NCBI GenBank assembly: GCA_028534125.1
Contig: CM052817.1
Location: forward strand, 54,810,001 to 54,874,000
DNA from: Lama glama
Taxonomy: Eukaryota
Length of the DNA stretch: 64,000 nt
Direction: 5' to 3'
Part shown: in pieces, positions 27,072-39,619 of the stretch
How positions within the stretch are numbered: position 1 is the stretch's first letter
Layout of the letters: each line of letters begins with the position of its first letter
Made by a program: the position numbers and the translations under genes
Notes under the pieces: generated by a model
Told to the model about the DNA's origin: nothing
What the model saw: only the letters and a program-made list of their open reading frames with translations
Database searches by the model: none

Positions 27072-27838
27072 AATAAAGAAAATGGTTCAATGATAGAATG
27101 AAAGAAGAAGAGAAAGAAGAAAATGAGAGAGAAATGAAGGGAGCATGTAAGAAGACAGGAAAAGAAAAAAGCGTGACTATAGATAAGAAAACAGAAAAAC
27201 ATCGAGGAAAAATGGACAAAACAAAAAAAATTTCCTTTGGACTAATTCTTAAATCAGGATGATTTAATATGATATTTTAATAACAACTTTAAAAGTTAAT
27301 TTAACTACTTTTTCTCCTATGTGGATTGACTCATTCAGAGAAAAATGTAGTCAAAGATTTGAGATAACTGAATGATTACATATTTCATAAAAATAACCAT
27401 ATTGAAAATATACTGACTGAATATACTTAAGCTTTCACATAATTTCTTTTTGTAAGTTGTATATGCCTGGATGATTTCTTCCTTAAATGAACAGTGGAGA
27501 TTTCTAGTAGTCAAGAATTGAGAACCTGATAGGTATTTGAGAAGCTGGAACTCCCATTTCTGATAAAATATGGAGAAATTATTTAAACAAATAAAATACT
27601 GATTTTATTTTCTCTTTTTTCTTATTTCTTGCTAGACCAAGATTGTGCACATTTGTTTGAGTAAACGCCATTTAGTGACTGTAAATATTCTAGGTTTTAT
27701 AGGTAACACAACATGCTTTTGAGGTCACCTTGGGTTTTGCCTGCTATTGAAATTTTGCCACTACATGAAACAGTTCCCATATACTCACTTTTCCTCATTT
27801 ATTACTAATCTGAAATCTCTAAACATTTCCCATGTGCT

Positions 27839-28270
27839 TGAGAGAACGAACATACAGTGGACCATATATGACAGCTGAACTTGGACCTGTAATCTGTACA
27901 GCAAACAGCCCAAGAAGCCAAACCACAACCTCTGAAGCATTCAGCACAGAACAGTCAGGACTTGGTCCATGACTGCCAGCTTCCCTAATTTTCGTTCCTT
28001 AGGGCTAGCCAGAGAAAGCCAAGTACAGCCCCCAAACCAATCATACAGGAACACAGGAGCACCACTTGTAGATAGCCCGCATCCAGCTTCCCCCTGCCAG
28101 CAAACTCCCATCAGAGCACTTACGAAGCCTTCTCTCTTTTCTTCACTGTAAAGCTTTCCTATTCCCCTCCCTGACTTTGAGTCATTGCCAAGCCAAACAA
28201 TGGTGGTTGACTCCCTTGGATAGCAAGCTTTTCATAAATAGTCTTTGAATTGTCTTCATTTATTTCCACA
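27839..28270 (+). mobile_element. ERV1 solo LTR (MER34/MER39-like)
   Basis: TG...CA termini; perfect TSD tgct (27835-27838, 28271-28274); cagcccaagaagccaaaccacaacctctg...gactgccagcttccct. Confidence 0.88.
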
Positions 28271-29096
28271 TGCTTTTTCTTTTCCTGTGATTGAATTATT
28301 TCCTCTAAGTCTTCATAATTCTTGCTTTTAAAAAGGTGAGTGACATTATCTTTGTTCACTAGTAGGTATTTCTTAAAAAAAAAAAAAATGGGATGATACT
28401 ATACCAGGCAAAGAGGAACACAAGTAAAAGTGACACTTTTAGGTAGGTGGATTTTTTCTTTTTAAATATTTTACAGTTTTGTCAATTATACCTCAGTAGA
28501 ACTGAAAAAAAAAAAAAGGTAGGTCGATTTGGTGGATTTTTTTTCCCTTTAATACTATTTTGTCAGTTATACCTCAGTAAAGCTAAAAATGGCAAAAACA
28601 AGAAAACAACATCTAAAAATAAATGTATATATATTATTTGAATATTAAAATTGTGTACAAGACAGTTGTTCAAAGAAAGAAAATAAAAAGCGTAAGAATT
28701 TCTTTTAAATAAAGGCTTTGAGACTTTTTACCATTATTTGTTCTTATCTGACTTTTGACATATGCTTTCTAACTTTTACTCAGTGATAAAATTTTTTTTC
28801 CCTACCTTCTCCTAGTACCACAATCTGTTTCCAAAATATTTTGGGGTAGTAGAAAAAATACAGAATTACAATATTACCTTTGAGTCCCGAATTCAAAATA
28901 ACTTTTCCACTTACAAATCTACTTAATCTCAGGCAATTCATGTAACTGGTCTGAGTTTTCAGTATTCCAATCTGTTAATGAGACTAATATTGCCTTCTCA
29001 GTATATTTGTATAGATCATATTTTAAAAACAACACATAGAAGTGTTTTGTTAACAGTTAACTCAAAAATATGCTCTCCTCCCCTATTTTTACTTAA

Positions 29097-29260
29097 GTTT
29101 TTAAAAATTGTGGTAAAGTTCACATAACAAAATTTACCATCATAACTATTTTAAAGCATACCGTTCAGTACTGTTAAGTACACTGTTGTATAACCAGTCT
29201 CCATAATTCTTTTCATCTTGCAAAACTAAAATCTATACCCATTAAGCCACAACTCATTGT
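29097..29260 (-). mobile_element. Short L1 (L1MA/MB-like) 3' end
   Basis: aattgtggtaaagttcacataacaaaatttaccatcataactattttaaag...ttttcatcttgcaaaactaaaatctatacccattaa. Confidence 0.8.
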
Positions 29261-29569
29261 TCTAGGGACATTTGCAAATTACTATACAGTAAAGGCTGCA
29301 AGGGCAAAGAGAGCTGTTCTGACTATAGATTCAGAATTCATTCCGAAGGAAGATTTTGTTGGGCATGGAACTTTACCCTGGTCCCTAAAATGACCCCGTT
29401 CTGACTTTATTGTAATAATTTCTGTCATATTCTGGTTCCATCTTATTAAACTTTTGTTCCTAGAGAGGAATCATCTGTCTTCACAGGTCCTTCTTTTGGG
29501 CATAAACATTCTGTGAAAGCTCTTTGCTAGCCCCCTTCACTTAGTTATTCCCAAAAAGCCTGAGAGAAG

Positions 29570-29800
29570 AGTTTCAGCATTCATGAGGTCATCTTGAGAT
29601 CATCTTGTAAATGACAAGACTCCAGTACTCTGTGTGACATTACTAGTTGGGTCCAGAAAAGCTAATACAGCTTTCATGGAATGAGGTGTTAATGGAGTAG
29701 AGAGATGATGCATTACAGTGTTTACAACTATCAGTGACAACAAGAATGAAGATAACACCTACAGTATGAAATTACTTTATATTAGAACATAGACGAAGAA
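29570..29800 (+). mobile_element. Possible CR1/L3 relic
   Basis: ccagaaaagctaatacagctt...agagagatgat resembles L3 aaaaaagctaatgcaatctt...agggaggtgat. Confidence 0.35.
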
Positions 29801-29833
29801 CTCAGAACTGCAGTGGCTGCACATCGGTAGTAC

Positions 29834-30369
29834 TGTTACCCTAAAAGGTAAAGACCCCTGTTCTAATCATACCCGAAAGTTAAGTTTTCAGTTGGGAGAT
29901 GCATTGTGTAGTGAAAAATTTATAAAAGATTTATTTGGAAAAGGAAAAGTACATCTCCAAGAATGGGAGGCAGGCTGATCCAAGGGAGGAAAAGCAGCAG
30001 GTTTTGTCTCCCCTTTCTCTTATATCCTCATTTAGAGGTGGTCTCTTGATTGATTGACAGCTTTTGTCCCTGGAATGCTTAGTCATATTTGGCCCCTTTG
30101 TGCATGTCCTTATCCATGGTGTACACAGAAAATCCCATGGTGGAGGTGCTAAACCTCAATGTTAATTATAATACAGTGAACATCGGGTCATATCTGGTTA
30201 AATCCTTTCTGCTACCATGCAGTCATGGCTGTCAGGTTCTAACTGGTTTTTTGCTGACACTCATTTAGAAGTCTCTTTATACTGGTGGTGGGCACAACGC
30301 CATCTTCTGGACCATCCTCCCTCTGCTCCGCCGGTCTCCCGGTGCCCCTACTTACCTAACTACCTAACA
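29834..30369 (-). mobile_element. ERV1-type solo LTR
   Basis: Minus strand begins TGTTAGGTAGTTAGG and ends GGTAACA; perfect TSD gtac (29830-29833, 30370-30373); minus-strand AATAAA near 29930. Confidence 0.85.
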
Positions 30370-31954
30370 GTACTGTTCTAAAATGCTAGTGATATAGGTA
30401 GCAGTTGAGGAAACATTTTTTTAGGTACAACAGAACAATGACCAATTGTTTAACTCTCTTTTGTTTAGAGACTTGACTTTTTCATGTTAATAAGTATCCC
30501 TGGGGCCAAGAGTTCTTAATGGTGGATAATGCCATTTCTTTTGTAATTACTTCTTTTTTTTTTTAAATGTGGATGACAGCCAACCAAACCAAAGCAAACA
30601 ATAGTAAACTATTATCATAAAATGTAACACACAGGCTGAAATCGAGGTTTACTATTACACCAACCTGTGACATGGAAGAGAAGTTTTTGTTTTGGGGTTT
30701 TTTGCACGTAAAAGAGAGAGCGGTAAGATGTATTAATACCATGAGAGTGGTAAATTATTTATACTTTGGAAAACAAGCTGTGCTGAGGCTTAGCAACAAT
30801 CTTAAAATAGAATGGAATGTGTGGAAATCTGGTCATTGTTGTCAACTATTTTCATGTTCTTTACTGTGGTTTCCTTATAGAAGAGGTATTCACTCCAAAG
30901 AAATTATGTGCTGCTTGTCAGAACAATTTAAAGTCATGGAGATAGAGGCAGACAGAAGAAAGTAAGGAGTATTTTCTTCAGGCAACTAGCTATAACTTTT
31001 CGGTTTATATTAGCAGACTGATTGCCAATAACCACAGTGGTTAAACCATATCCAGAATTTTCACAGATTCCTGGAAAGTAAAGCCAAAATTGTTCTAATT
31101 AAACATAAAAGAATGAAACTGGTAGGCTTTTAAGTACTTTAAAACTATAATTTATGAATTAATACACAGTAATTAATTATTGACCTTTGAGATAAGGAGG
31201 AAACTAGAGGTGATTTTTCTTTACTAAGTTATTTCATTTCAAGGAATAAAAATTACTAAACTGGGCAGGGAATGACAATATTTACAATAGTTATGATTCA
31301 CTTTTGTCAGACCTAAAGGTGATTTTTTTTGGTATAAAATATATACTTACCTTTAAAGAATTAGCTTTTTTGTCATTTCCCATAATCTATCAAGAGGTTA
31401 GTAATTTCAAGACTTTAGACCTAAAAATCCACCATTTAAAGTTTGGTTTTGAAGAAATAACTGGGTCAAAAGCCAAGCCCATGCAACTCACTATGGCAGA
31501 CAAATCTCTTCCAGAAACCTTAGCCCACCTCTCAGGACTTTGTCATGTACCTTACCCCTTTGTATCCCAGAAACAACAAAGTGCTGTCATTTTCTGCCCA
31601 TATTTTAATGCTTCTTGAATCTAAATTGCTGTTGATGATCTCACTTGTGTTTGAGTTTCCCCATTCTTACTGCTGTCTCATTACATCACTGAAAATGAAT
31701 TGGAATTGAAAATGGAATCAGCAAAGTAAATGAGAAAACTTGTAAAATACAATTTTAATTCTTTACAATATGAAGAATGTGAAGTAAAATGAAAATATAA
31801 TGAAACACAATTTATGCTTTGTGTGATGCACAAAATTAAAATTCTCTGAAATCTTTTCGCTAATTCAAAAAATGACATGTTGTCACTGAATTTAAAGGGC
31901 TATTTTAAGATTTAAAAAAGTATATATATCAAGTCCGTTGCTTGGTATATTATA

Positions 31955-32745
31955 AAACTTGAAGTTATCCTGGATTTGTCACTGTTTTTCACTCTACATC
32001 TTATCTATCAACAAAGAAAATTGATTCTGTTTCCAAAACATATCTTTGAAACTACCATTTCCCAATACCTATGCCAATATCCCTTTAGTCAAATGAACAG
32101 CCAGTGCAAATGACCCCTACCTACACGCTTTATATTGTCTTGCTGTCTACACCACTTGCCATGATCCTGGAAAATAAAGTTGGTTTACATTATTCCATTT
32201 TTTAAAGATTACAATGATTTCTTTCCAACCTTAAAATAAAAGATAGCCTACATTATACCTTGTAAGACTACATTGTTAGGTCCTTGCCTTACTAGCTAAT
32301 CTCTTAAAACACCTCAAAACCAAAACCAGAACAATCAGACACAAATAACAATGTAAACAACACTCACTTCAGGTCTTTTTATTGTTACCTTTGAATCGAA
32401 TATTCAATGCACGTGTTCCAGTGGCATATTTCCTCGTTTCACTGAGGTCTTTACACAAATATTACCTCCTCAAGAGTTCTTTGACTATCCAAACTAAAAT
32501 GGTATGCCCTTTTACTTTTTAATTTTATTTCCATTATTTGTTTTTCATAATGTCACCTAATGCATCCTAACATTGGGTTGTCTATCTGTTTATTTATAGT
32601 TTTTTCTGCCTCTAGAATCTAAGCTTTAGGAAGTCATTTAAATTTGTTTTTGTTTTCTAATTAATCACCAGCACCTGGCATATATAAGGGCTTAGGAAAT
32701 ACTAAATTAATAGAGAAACAGAGGAATTAATGAATAGAGTATAAC
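31955..32745 (+). mobile_element. L2 relic
   Basis: aaaacttgaagttatcctgg...; tagaatctaagctttagg...accagcacctggcatatataagggcttaggaaatact. Confidence 0.65.
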
Positions 32746-32789
32746 TAAAAGGTAGCTATTATAACCCCTACCAAAAGTAAGAAAAGAAA

Positions 32790-32960
32790 TACCTCATATA
32801 CATTACCACATATATTCTTTCAAACAATACTGTGAGGTGGGCATTTATTATATTCTAGGTTTTATAGATAAAAACTGAGACCAAGAAAGCTTGATTGTTT
32901 GCTCAATATCTTGCACCAAATGGCTTTTCCAAACCTAGCTTTTTGTCTCTAGATGAACCT
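32790..32960 (-). mobile_element. MIR relic
   Basis: caatactgtgaggtgggc...ttttatagataaaaactgagacc. Confidence 0.55.
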
Positions 32961-33019
32961 CTTTTCTTAACAAGGATACCACTTCCCTCCAGAGGAATAA
33001 AGATAGAGCAGGAGCTAGT

Positions 33020-33155
33020 CAGTGATTCTCAGATCAGGATGCACATTAGAATTACCTGGGGAAATTAAAATAAAAATTACTGAGAGTCAGATAGAATTTT
33101 AGGACAACTGAATCAGAATATCTAAGAATAGGGCATGGTCATTTATATAATTTAT
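33020..33155. mobile_element. MER5-like hAT MITE, left part (apparent remainder at ~38500-38545)
   Basis: cagtgattctca...gcacattagaattacctggggaa...actgaatcagaatatct. Confidence 0.65.
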
Positions 33156-33760
33156 ACACAGTGAACACGGGTGTGTGTCTATCTTTTTGACTTTTTGTTT
33201 CCTTTGGATAAGTAGCCAGAAGTGGCTTTGCTAGATCATATGATAGTTTCTTCTTTAACCTTTTGAGGAACCTATATATTGTTTTCCATAGTATTGAACA
33301 AATTTACATTCCCACCAATACTGCACAAGTTTCCCTTCTCTCGACATCCTCACCAACACTGGTTATCTTTTGTCTTCTTGATGATAGCTATTCTAACAAG
33401 TTTGAGGTTATAGTTTAGTTGTAACAACCTTTCATTTCTGTGAAGAAATTTATTCCTAGCTTGTTTTTCTTCTGATGCTATTGTAAATAAAATAGTTTTC
33501 TTTATTTCTTTTTCAGGTGTTTCATTGTAAATATACAGAAATGTGACTGATTTTTATATGTTAATCTTGTATCCTGTAACTTTACTGACTTGTTGATTAG
33601 AGCTAATAGTTTTTTAGTGGAGTTTTTAAGATTTTCTATACAAAAATCATATTATCTGTAAATAATTTTTACTTCTTCTTGTCCACTTTGGATACCTTTT
33701 ATTTCTTTCTCTTGCCTGACTATTTTAGCTAGGACTTCCAGTACTATATATATATATGTG

Positions 33761-34140
33761 TTTTTTTTACTCCAAAGGGTTTATTAAGACAAGTTTCACA
33801 TATAAGTCCAGGGCAGATGGGATGGGGCTTATAAACAGGAACCTGGAAGGGGGCCAGAGGGCACAGGGTGGAACCTAAAAAAGAGAGTGAAATAGAGGAA
33901 GAGAGTGGAGGGCCTGGAGGGGAGACTGACAGGCTATCACACAGTGATAACAACATGCGTGAGGTGGGGCTCCATTAAAATCCCAGTTATTTATACAGAT
34001 ATACAGGGAGTTATGAGGGACTGGGGGGGCCCCACTCCACCCTCCATGCCCCAGGGAGGGGCAAGAGAAGGCCATCTCTCCTCATGGGTGACCCCATGAG
34101 GGTCTGGGGGGCTGCCCTTGGAGGAGTGTTGGGGAAGGTA
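33761..34140 (-). pseudogene. 5'-truncated processed retrocopy of an unidentified mRNA 3' UTR
   Basis: GC-rich non-L1 sequence inside L1 ORF2; minus-strand AATAAA (33780-33785) 11 nt before an A8 tail (33761-33768). Confidence 0.75.
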
Positions 34141-36763
34141 TGAGTGGACATCCTTATCTTGTTCCTGATCTTAAAGGAAAAGCTTTCAGTTTTTCACCAT
34201 TGAATATTAACTATGGGTTTGTTGTATATGGCCTTTATTATGTTGAGGTTTGTTCCTTCTAAACCCAATCTGTTGAAGGTTTTTATCATGAAAGAATGTT
34301 GCATTTTGTCAAATGCTTTTTCTGCATACATAGATGCAGATGATCATGTAATTTTTATCTTTCATTCTATTAATGTAATATATTAACATTTATTGATTTG
34401 CATATGTTGAACCTTCCTTGCATCCCAGGAAAAGATGCCACTTGGTTACTCTGTATAATCCTTTTAATGTGTTCTTGAATTTGGTTTGCTAGTATTTTGT
34501 TGAAAAATTTTACATCTGTATTCATCAGGGATATTCGTTTATAGTTTTCATTTCTTGTAGTGTCTATTTTGAGTCTATGTATTTCTGTAGTATCAGTTTT
34601 AATGTCTCCTCTTACATTTCTTGGGTCTTCACTCTTTTTTTTCTTCAGTCTAGCTAAAAGTTTGTCAATTTTATCTTTTCAGAAAATTAGTTTTCAGTTT
34701 CTTTGTTTGTTTGTTTTTTTCCTGGTCTCTATTTCTTTATTTCCACCCTGATTTTTATTATTTCCATCCTTCTGCCAACTCTGGACTTATTTTTTTCTTC
34801 TTCTTCTAGTTTCTCATGATGTAAAGTTAGGTTGTTGGTTTAAGATCTTTCTACTTTCTTAATACATGGATTTATCACTATAAATTCTCTTCTCTATGAA
34901 CTATGTTTGCAGCATCTTATATGTTTTGATATGTTGTGTTTTCACTTTCATTTGCTTTGCAGCATTTTTGAATTTCTCCTTTGACTTCTTCTTTGACCCA
35001 AGTGTTGTTTAGAAGTGTTGTTTAGTTTCCACATATTTCAGATTTTCTAGCTTTCCTCTTGTTCATTTCTAGTTTCATTCCTTTGTGGTCAGTTGGTATA
35101 ATTTCAATTTTAAATTTGTTAAGACTTGTTTTTTGTTCTATTGTATGATCTATCATAGAGAATGTCCTGTGTGCACTTGAAAAGAATGTATGTTCTGTTG
35201 CTGTCACATGGAATGTTCTATAGGTGCTGATTAAGTCCATTTGGTTTAAAGTATTGTTCAATTCCAATATTTCCTTGTTGATTTTCTGTCTGTATTATCT
35301 ATATATTGCTGAAAATGAGGTACTGAAGTCCCCTATTATTCTGTTGTGTATTTCTCCCTTCAGATCTGTTAGTACTTACTTGATATGTTTAGGTGCTTCC
35401 GTGTGAGATGCATACATGTTTATGATGATTGTTATATCTTCTTGACACCTTTTTCAATATATAATGACTTCTAGGTCTCCTGTTACCATTTTTGCCATAA
35501 AGTCTATTTTGTCTGGTGTGTATATGGCTATGCCTGCTTTCTTTTGGTTTCCACATGTGTGGAAAATCTTCTACCCCTTTACTTTGAGCCTATTATGTCT
35601 TTAGAGATGAAATGAGTCTCCTGCAACCAGCATATAATTGAGTCTTGCTTTTTAATCCATCCAGCCACTCTGTGCCTTTTGACTGGTGAATTCAGTTCAT
35701 TTACATTAGAGTGATTATTTATATGTGGGAATCTTATTAATAATTCTCTGGTTGTTTTGTATTTTTGCTATTTCTTTTTCCCTCTCTGCCTACTTTTGTA
35801 AATTGGTTATTTCCCATGGTGATATGCTCTGTTTCCACTTTCTTTGTCTTTTGTGGATTTACTCTCCATTTTTTACTATGTGGTTAACTTGTAGATTACA
35901 TAAAGCATCTGACAGATAAGACAGTCCATTTTAGGCTGATAGCATATTCAAAATCTCTAGAGGTTCCAAACCTTAATATTCCCTTTCATATTATTGATGT
36001 TATAATTTACCTATTTTTAATGTCATGTATTAGATAACAATTTATAGTAGCTATAGTTGTTTTTACTACTCTTTTTCTCTTTTACTACAGTTGAGTGGTT
36101 AAAACATTGTCCTAAAAGAGAGTTACTGTTTCCTAAATCTGGTCTATCTTTCACCTTTGTTAGTGTAGTGTACACTTATATATGTTATCATGTCACTGAT
36201 CAGCATCTTTTCATTTTAGCTTAAAGAACTCCGTTCAGCATTTCTCTCAAGGCAGGTCTAGTGTTGGTAAACTCCCTCAGCTTTTGTTCTTTTAGGAAAA
36301 CATTTATTTCTCTTTCATATTGAAGGATAACTTTTCTGAATAAAGCATTCTTGGCTGGTAATTGTTTTTCTTCCACACTTTGAATATATCATTCTACTTT
36401 CTCCTGGCCTTTAGAATTTTTGCTGAGAAATTGCTGATAGACTAATGGGGGTTCCTTTGTAAGTTACATTCTATTTCCTTTGATTGGCTTTAAGATTCTT
36501 TCTTTATTACTGATTTTGGCAGTTTCTTAATGATGTATTTTGGAGTAGGTCTCTTTGTATTTAGATAACAGTATGTTCTATTAGCTCCATGAATGTGTAT
36601 GTTCAAGTCCCTTCCCAAATTTGGGAAGTTCTCAGCTATTATTTCTTTAAATAAACTTTCTGCCCCCTTATCCCTCTCTTCTCCTTTTGGAACCCTAGTT
36701 ATTTGAATATTTGCCTTTCTTATCATAATCTATCTGAAAGCTCTTGTAGGCTTTTTTCACTCT

Positions 36764-36803
36764 TTTTAAATTGAAGTATAGTCAGTTATAATATGTCAAT
36801 TTC
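36764..36803 (-). mobile_element. ~40-bp extreme 5'-truncated young L1 tail
   Basis: ttttaaattgaagtatagtcagttataatatgtcaatttc, flanked by TSD ttcactct (36756-36763, 36804-36811). Confidence 0.8.
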
Positions 36804-37253
36804 TTCACTCTCTTAAAATCTTAGTTCCCTCTCTTCTAACTGAATTATTTCTGTATTTATATCTTCCAAGTCATTTGTTTACTCTTCCATGTGGTTTGCC
36901 CTAATGCAGATGTTTTCTATTGCATTTTTCACTTAATTCATTGACTTCTTCAGCTCCAGAATTTCAATTTGGTTATTTCTTTATAATTTCAATCTCTTTG
37001 ATAAAGAACTTTTGTTTATTGACTTTATTCCTGATTTCATTGAACTGTTTTTCTGAGTTTTCATGTAGCTTTTAGATTTCTTCATAATAGCTATTTTAAG
37101 TTCTTTATCAGTTAGTTCACAATATTCTGTGCCTTTTGGTTTGTTTGGTTTCTGGAGAATTACTATTTTCTTTTAATGATATCATATTTCCTTGGTTTTT
37201 CATTACTGCTTGTTAAGTGCTTCTGCTTTTGCATTTGAAGTAGCAGATACCTT

Positions 37254-37473
37254 TTTATTATTTTTTCTATTTTATTTATTTTTATTGAAGTATAGTCAGT
37301 TTACAGTGTTGTGCCAATTTCTGGTCTATAGCATAATGTTTCAGTTTTATGTATATATACATAAATTCCTTTTCATATTTTCTCATTGTATGTTACTATG
37401 ACATTAAATATAGTTCCCTGAGCTATACAGTAGAAACTTGTTGTTTATCTATTTTATATCTAGTAGTTAGTAT
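37254..37473 (-). mobile_element. Young L1 3' tail nested in the old L1
   Basis: 14-bp TSD gtagcagatacctt (37240-37253, 37474-37487). Confidence 0.92.
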
Positions 37474-39619
37474 GTAGCAGATACCTTCTTAACTAAACTT
37501 TTATGTCTTCTTACAATTCACCAGGCTGGCTATTTAGAATTCTCTTTTTTGTATTCCAGAATGTGGTGCTAAAGGTCAATTTTGTTGTTCTCCCTTGTCC
37601 ACCAACCTTGGCCTATTTCTGAGCAAGGTCCCTGTCTACCAGAGCTTACTCTCATGGACACACTCAGTATCATGCATAAGGAGCCAGCAGCATAGTGGAG
37701 GGAGGTGTGGGTTTAACACTTGGGGCTTAGGGGTTCTCAGGAATCCAGTGGGAAGATCCTCTAGTTGGGTACTCCTAGAGGTTTGTGGGCAGATTTTCTG
37801 TTGAAGTCCTGAAGTGGACAGCAGGAACCATGTTTCTTTAATGCCCTTCAGTATTCTTATATGCTTCCTTTCTTTCATCCTCCTTCCCCTGAGTGATGGA
37901 AGTTGCTCCTAAGAAATCAGAGTAATGCTGGAGAGAAACAGGTTCCTCCAGCTACAACCTGTACTACTGAGGTAGCCAGAGTGACTCACCACTTTCACCA
38001 CTCACTTCCTATGCAGGAAAGGTCTCTGCTTTCTACCTCCTCTGTGGGAAAGGTCACCACTGCCACTGCCAAATATCTAAGCCCTTTGAAGTGTCAGCCT
38101 AGGGAGGGGGGCAGTTCTGGTAAATTCCTTCTCCTCCTCTGCATCTAAACTCTCTCTATCCTGTTCAGATAGCATGCTGAAATCTCCCCTCAGGCAGTCT
38201 GCACTTTTACAATTTCTCTCTCATCTGTGAGTATCTGTTCAGGTTTGCCCTCCCCAAGTATTTTTCTGATCACAGTGAGAGGGGATGGTGAAGGGTCACT
38301 GAATTTCTTGGATCTGAAGCTCTTACTGAGGTCTTGTTTGTTTATTTGTAGGCATACGGGTAGGTAACAATATTTCCTGGTCCCTTGCTATAAGATATAA
38401 AGCACTTTTGTTCAATTTCAGATGTTTCTAATTGTTTAAAAAAAAAAAAGGAAGAGAAGAGAAGAATGACTTACACTTCTATAATGCTGACGTCACTCTT
38501 TCTGAGGTGTCATGATCAACAGTCTCACTTTGGTTATGTTGGCATCACAATTCTGGCCTATGAATAGTGCTGGTGAAGCAAGACAAGCAGTATTTTGAAA
38601 AATCCTGAATTCCAAACCAGAATTTGTTCAGTTCCAGTTACCTATCCTGAGTAGTTGGGATTAAGAAAATAGAGAGAAATCTAAGTACAAAAAAAAAAAA
38701 AAAAAAAAGAGCGAGAGAGAGGAAGACAGGCATTGTGATCTCTAGTTAAGAGATGATATCTAAACATCTGAGGTCTGACTTGAGAAAAGTATTTTGTTTG
38801 GTGCTGTGTTTATGGGTAGACTTGTAAATGGATATTTAAATTGACAGTGAATTGCCTACTTAAAATAAAGGTAAAGGAATTGAAAGAAAAGACTATTCAG
38901 GTTAAAATGAGAAACACATAAAACAAACAAACAAAAAAAACCCAGAAGCTGAAAGGAACAAAGTCAATAAGAAGGCAAATATTGATGCCTAAGGCAGCAG
39001 GGTTAACATTAGTATCTAATAAATAATTTGAGAAGGAAAGAAATAAGCAATACCAAAGGGGTTATTTACAGTAATAAATGGAACAGTCCATACTAAAGAT
39101 GTTACAGTGTCCAGTGTACTGGATAACATAACAAAACAGATAAAGTGAAAAAACTTAAAAATACAGAAGAGAATGACATAACTGACAGATATATAATAGC
39201 AGTAAAGTAAAATAAGACCTTGACCACCACCATTCCTGTAACATAAATCAGACAAAAAAAAAAAAAGATGATGATGTTTTAAAAGTATCTGGTAGGCTTT
39301 AGTTAAGTGTGGCATGGCTGTCTGAAATGGGAGTTATTCTGCAACTTTGCATTGTTCCACATTCTTGTCAACTCTTGTTATTGTCAACAATTTTAGCCAT
39401 TTGGAACTGTGTACAGGAGTATCACGTTGAAGTTTTATTTTTCCTTTCCCCGTTGATTGATGACACTGAACACTATATGATTATTAGCTACTCAGATACA
39501 CTTTTTTTTTGCTGTTCAAGTATTTCATCCATCTTTTAAAAATTTGGTGTTCCTCTTATCTTACAGATTTGTAAGAGTTCTTTAGGCATTTCAGATCTGA
39601 GTTATTTGAAAACAAAGAA

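Larger units (their letters stand above)
33158..38499 (-). mobile_element. Old LINE-1 retaining 5' UTR, ORF1 and ORF2 remnants, with internal deletions and no 3' terminus
   Basis: ORF1p remnant 36490-36726 (VPKGEERDKGAESLFKEIIAENFPNLGRD); endonuclease remnant 35022-35267 (LNQMDLISTYRTFH...FFSSAHRTFSMIDH); 5' end gagtgacgtcagcatt on the minus strand. Confidence 0.92.
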
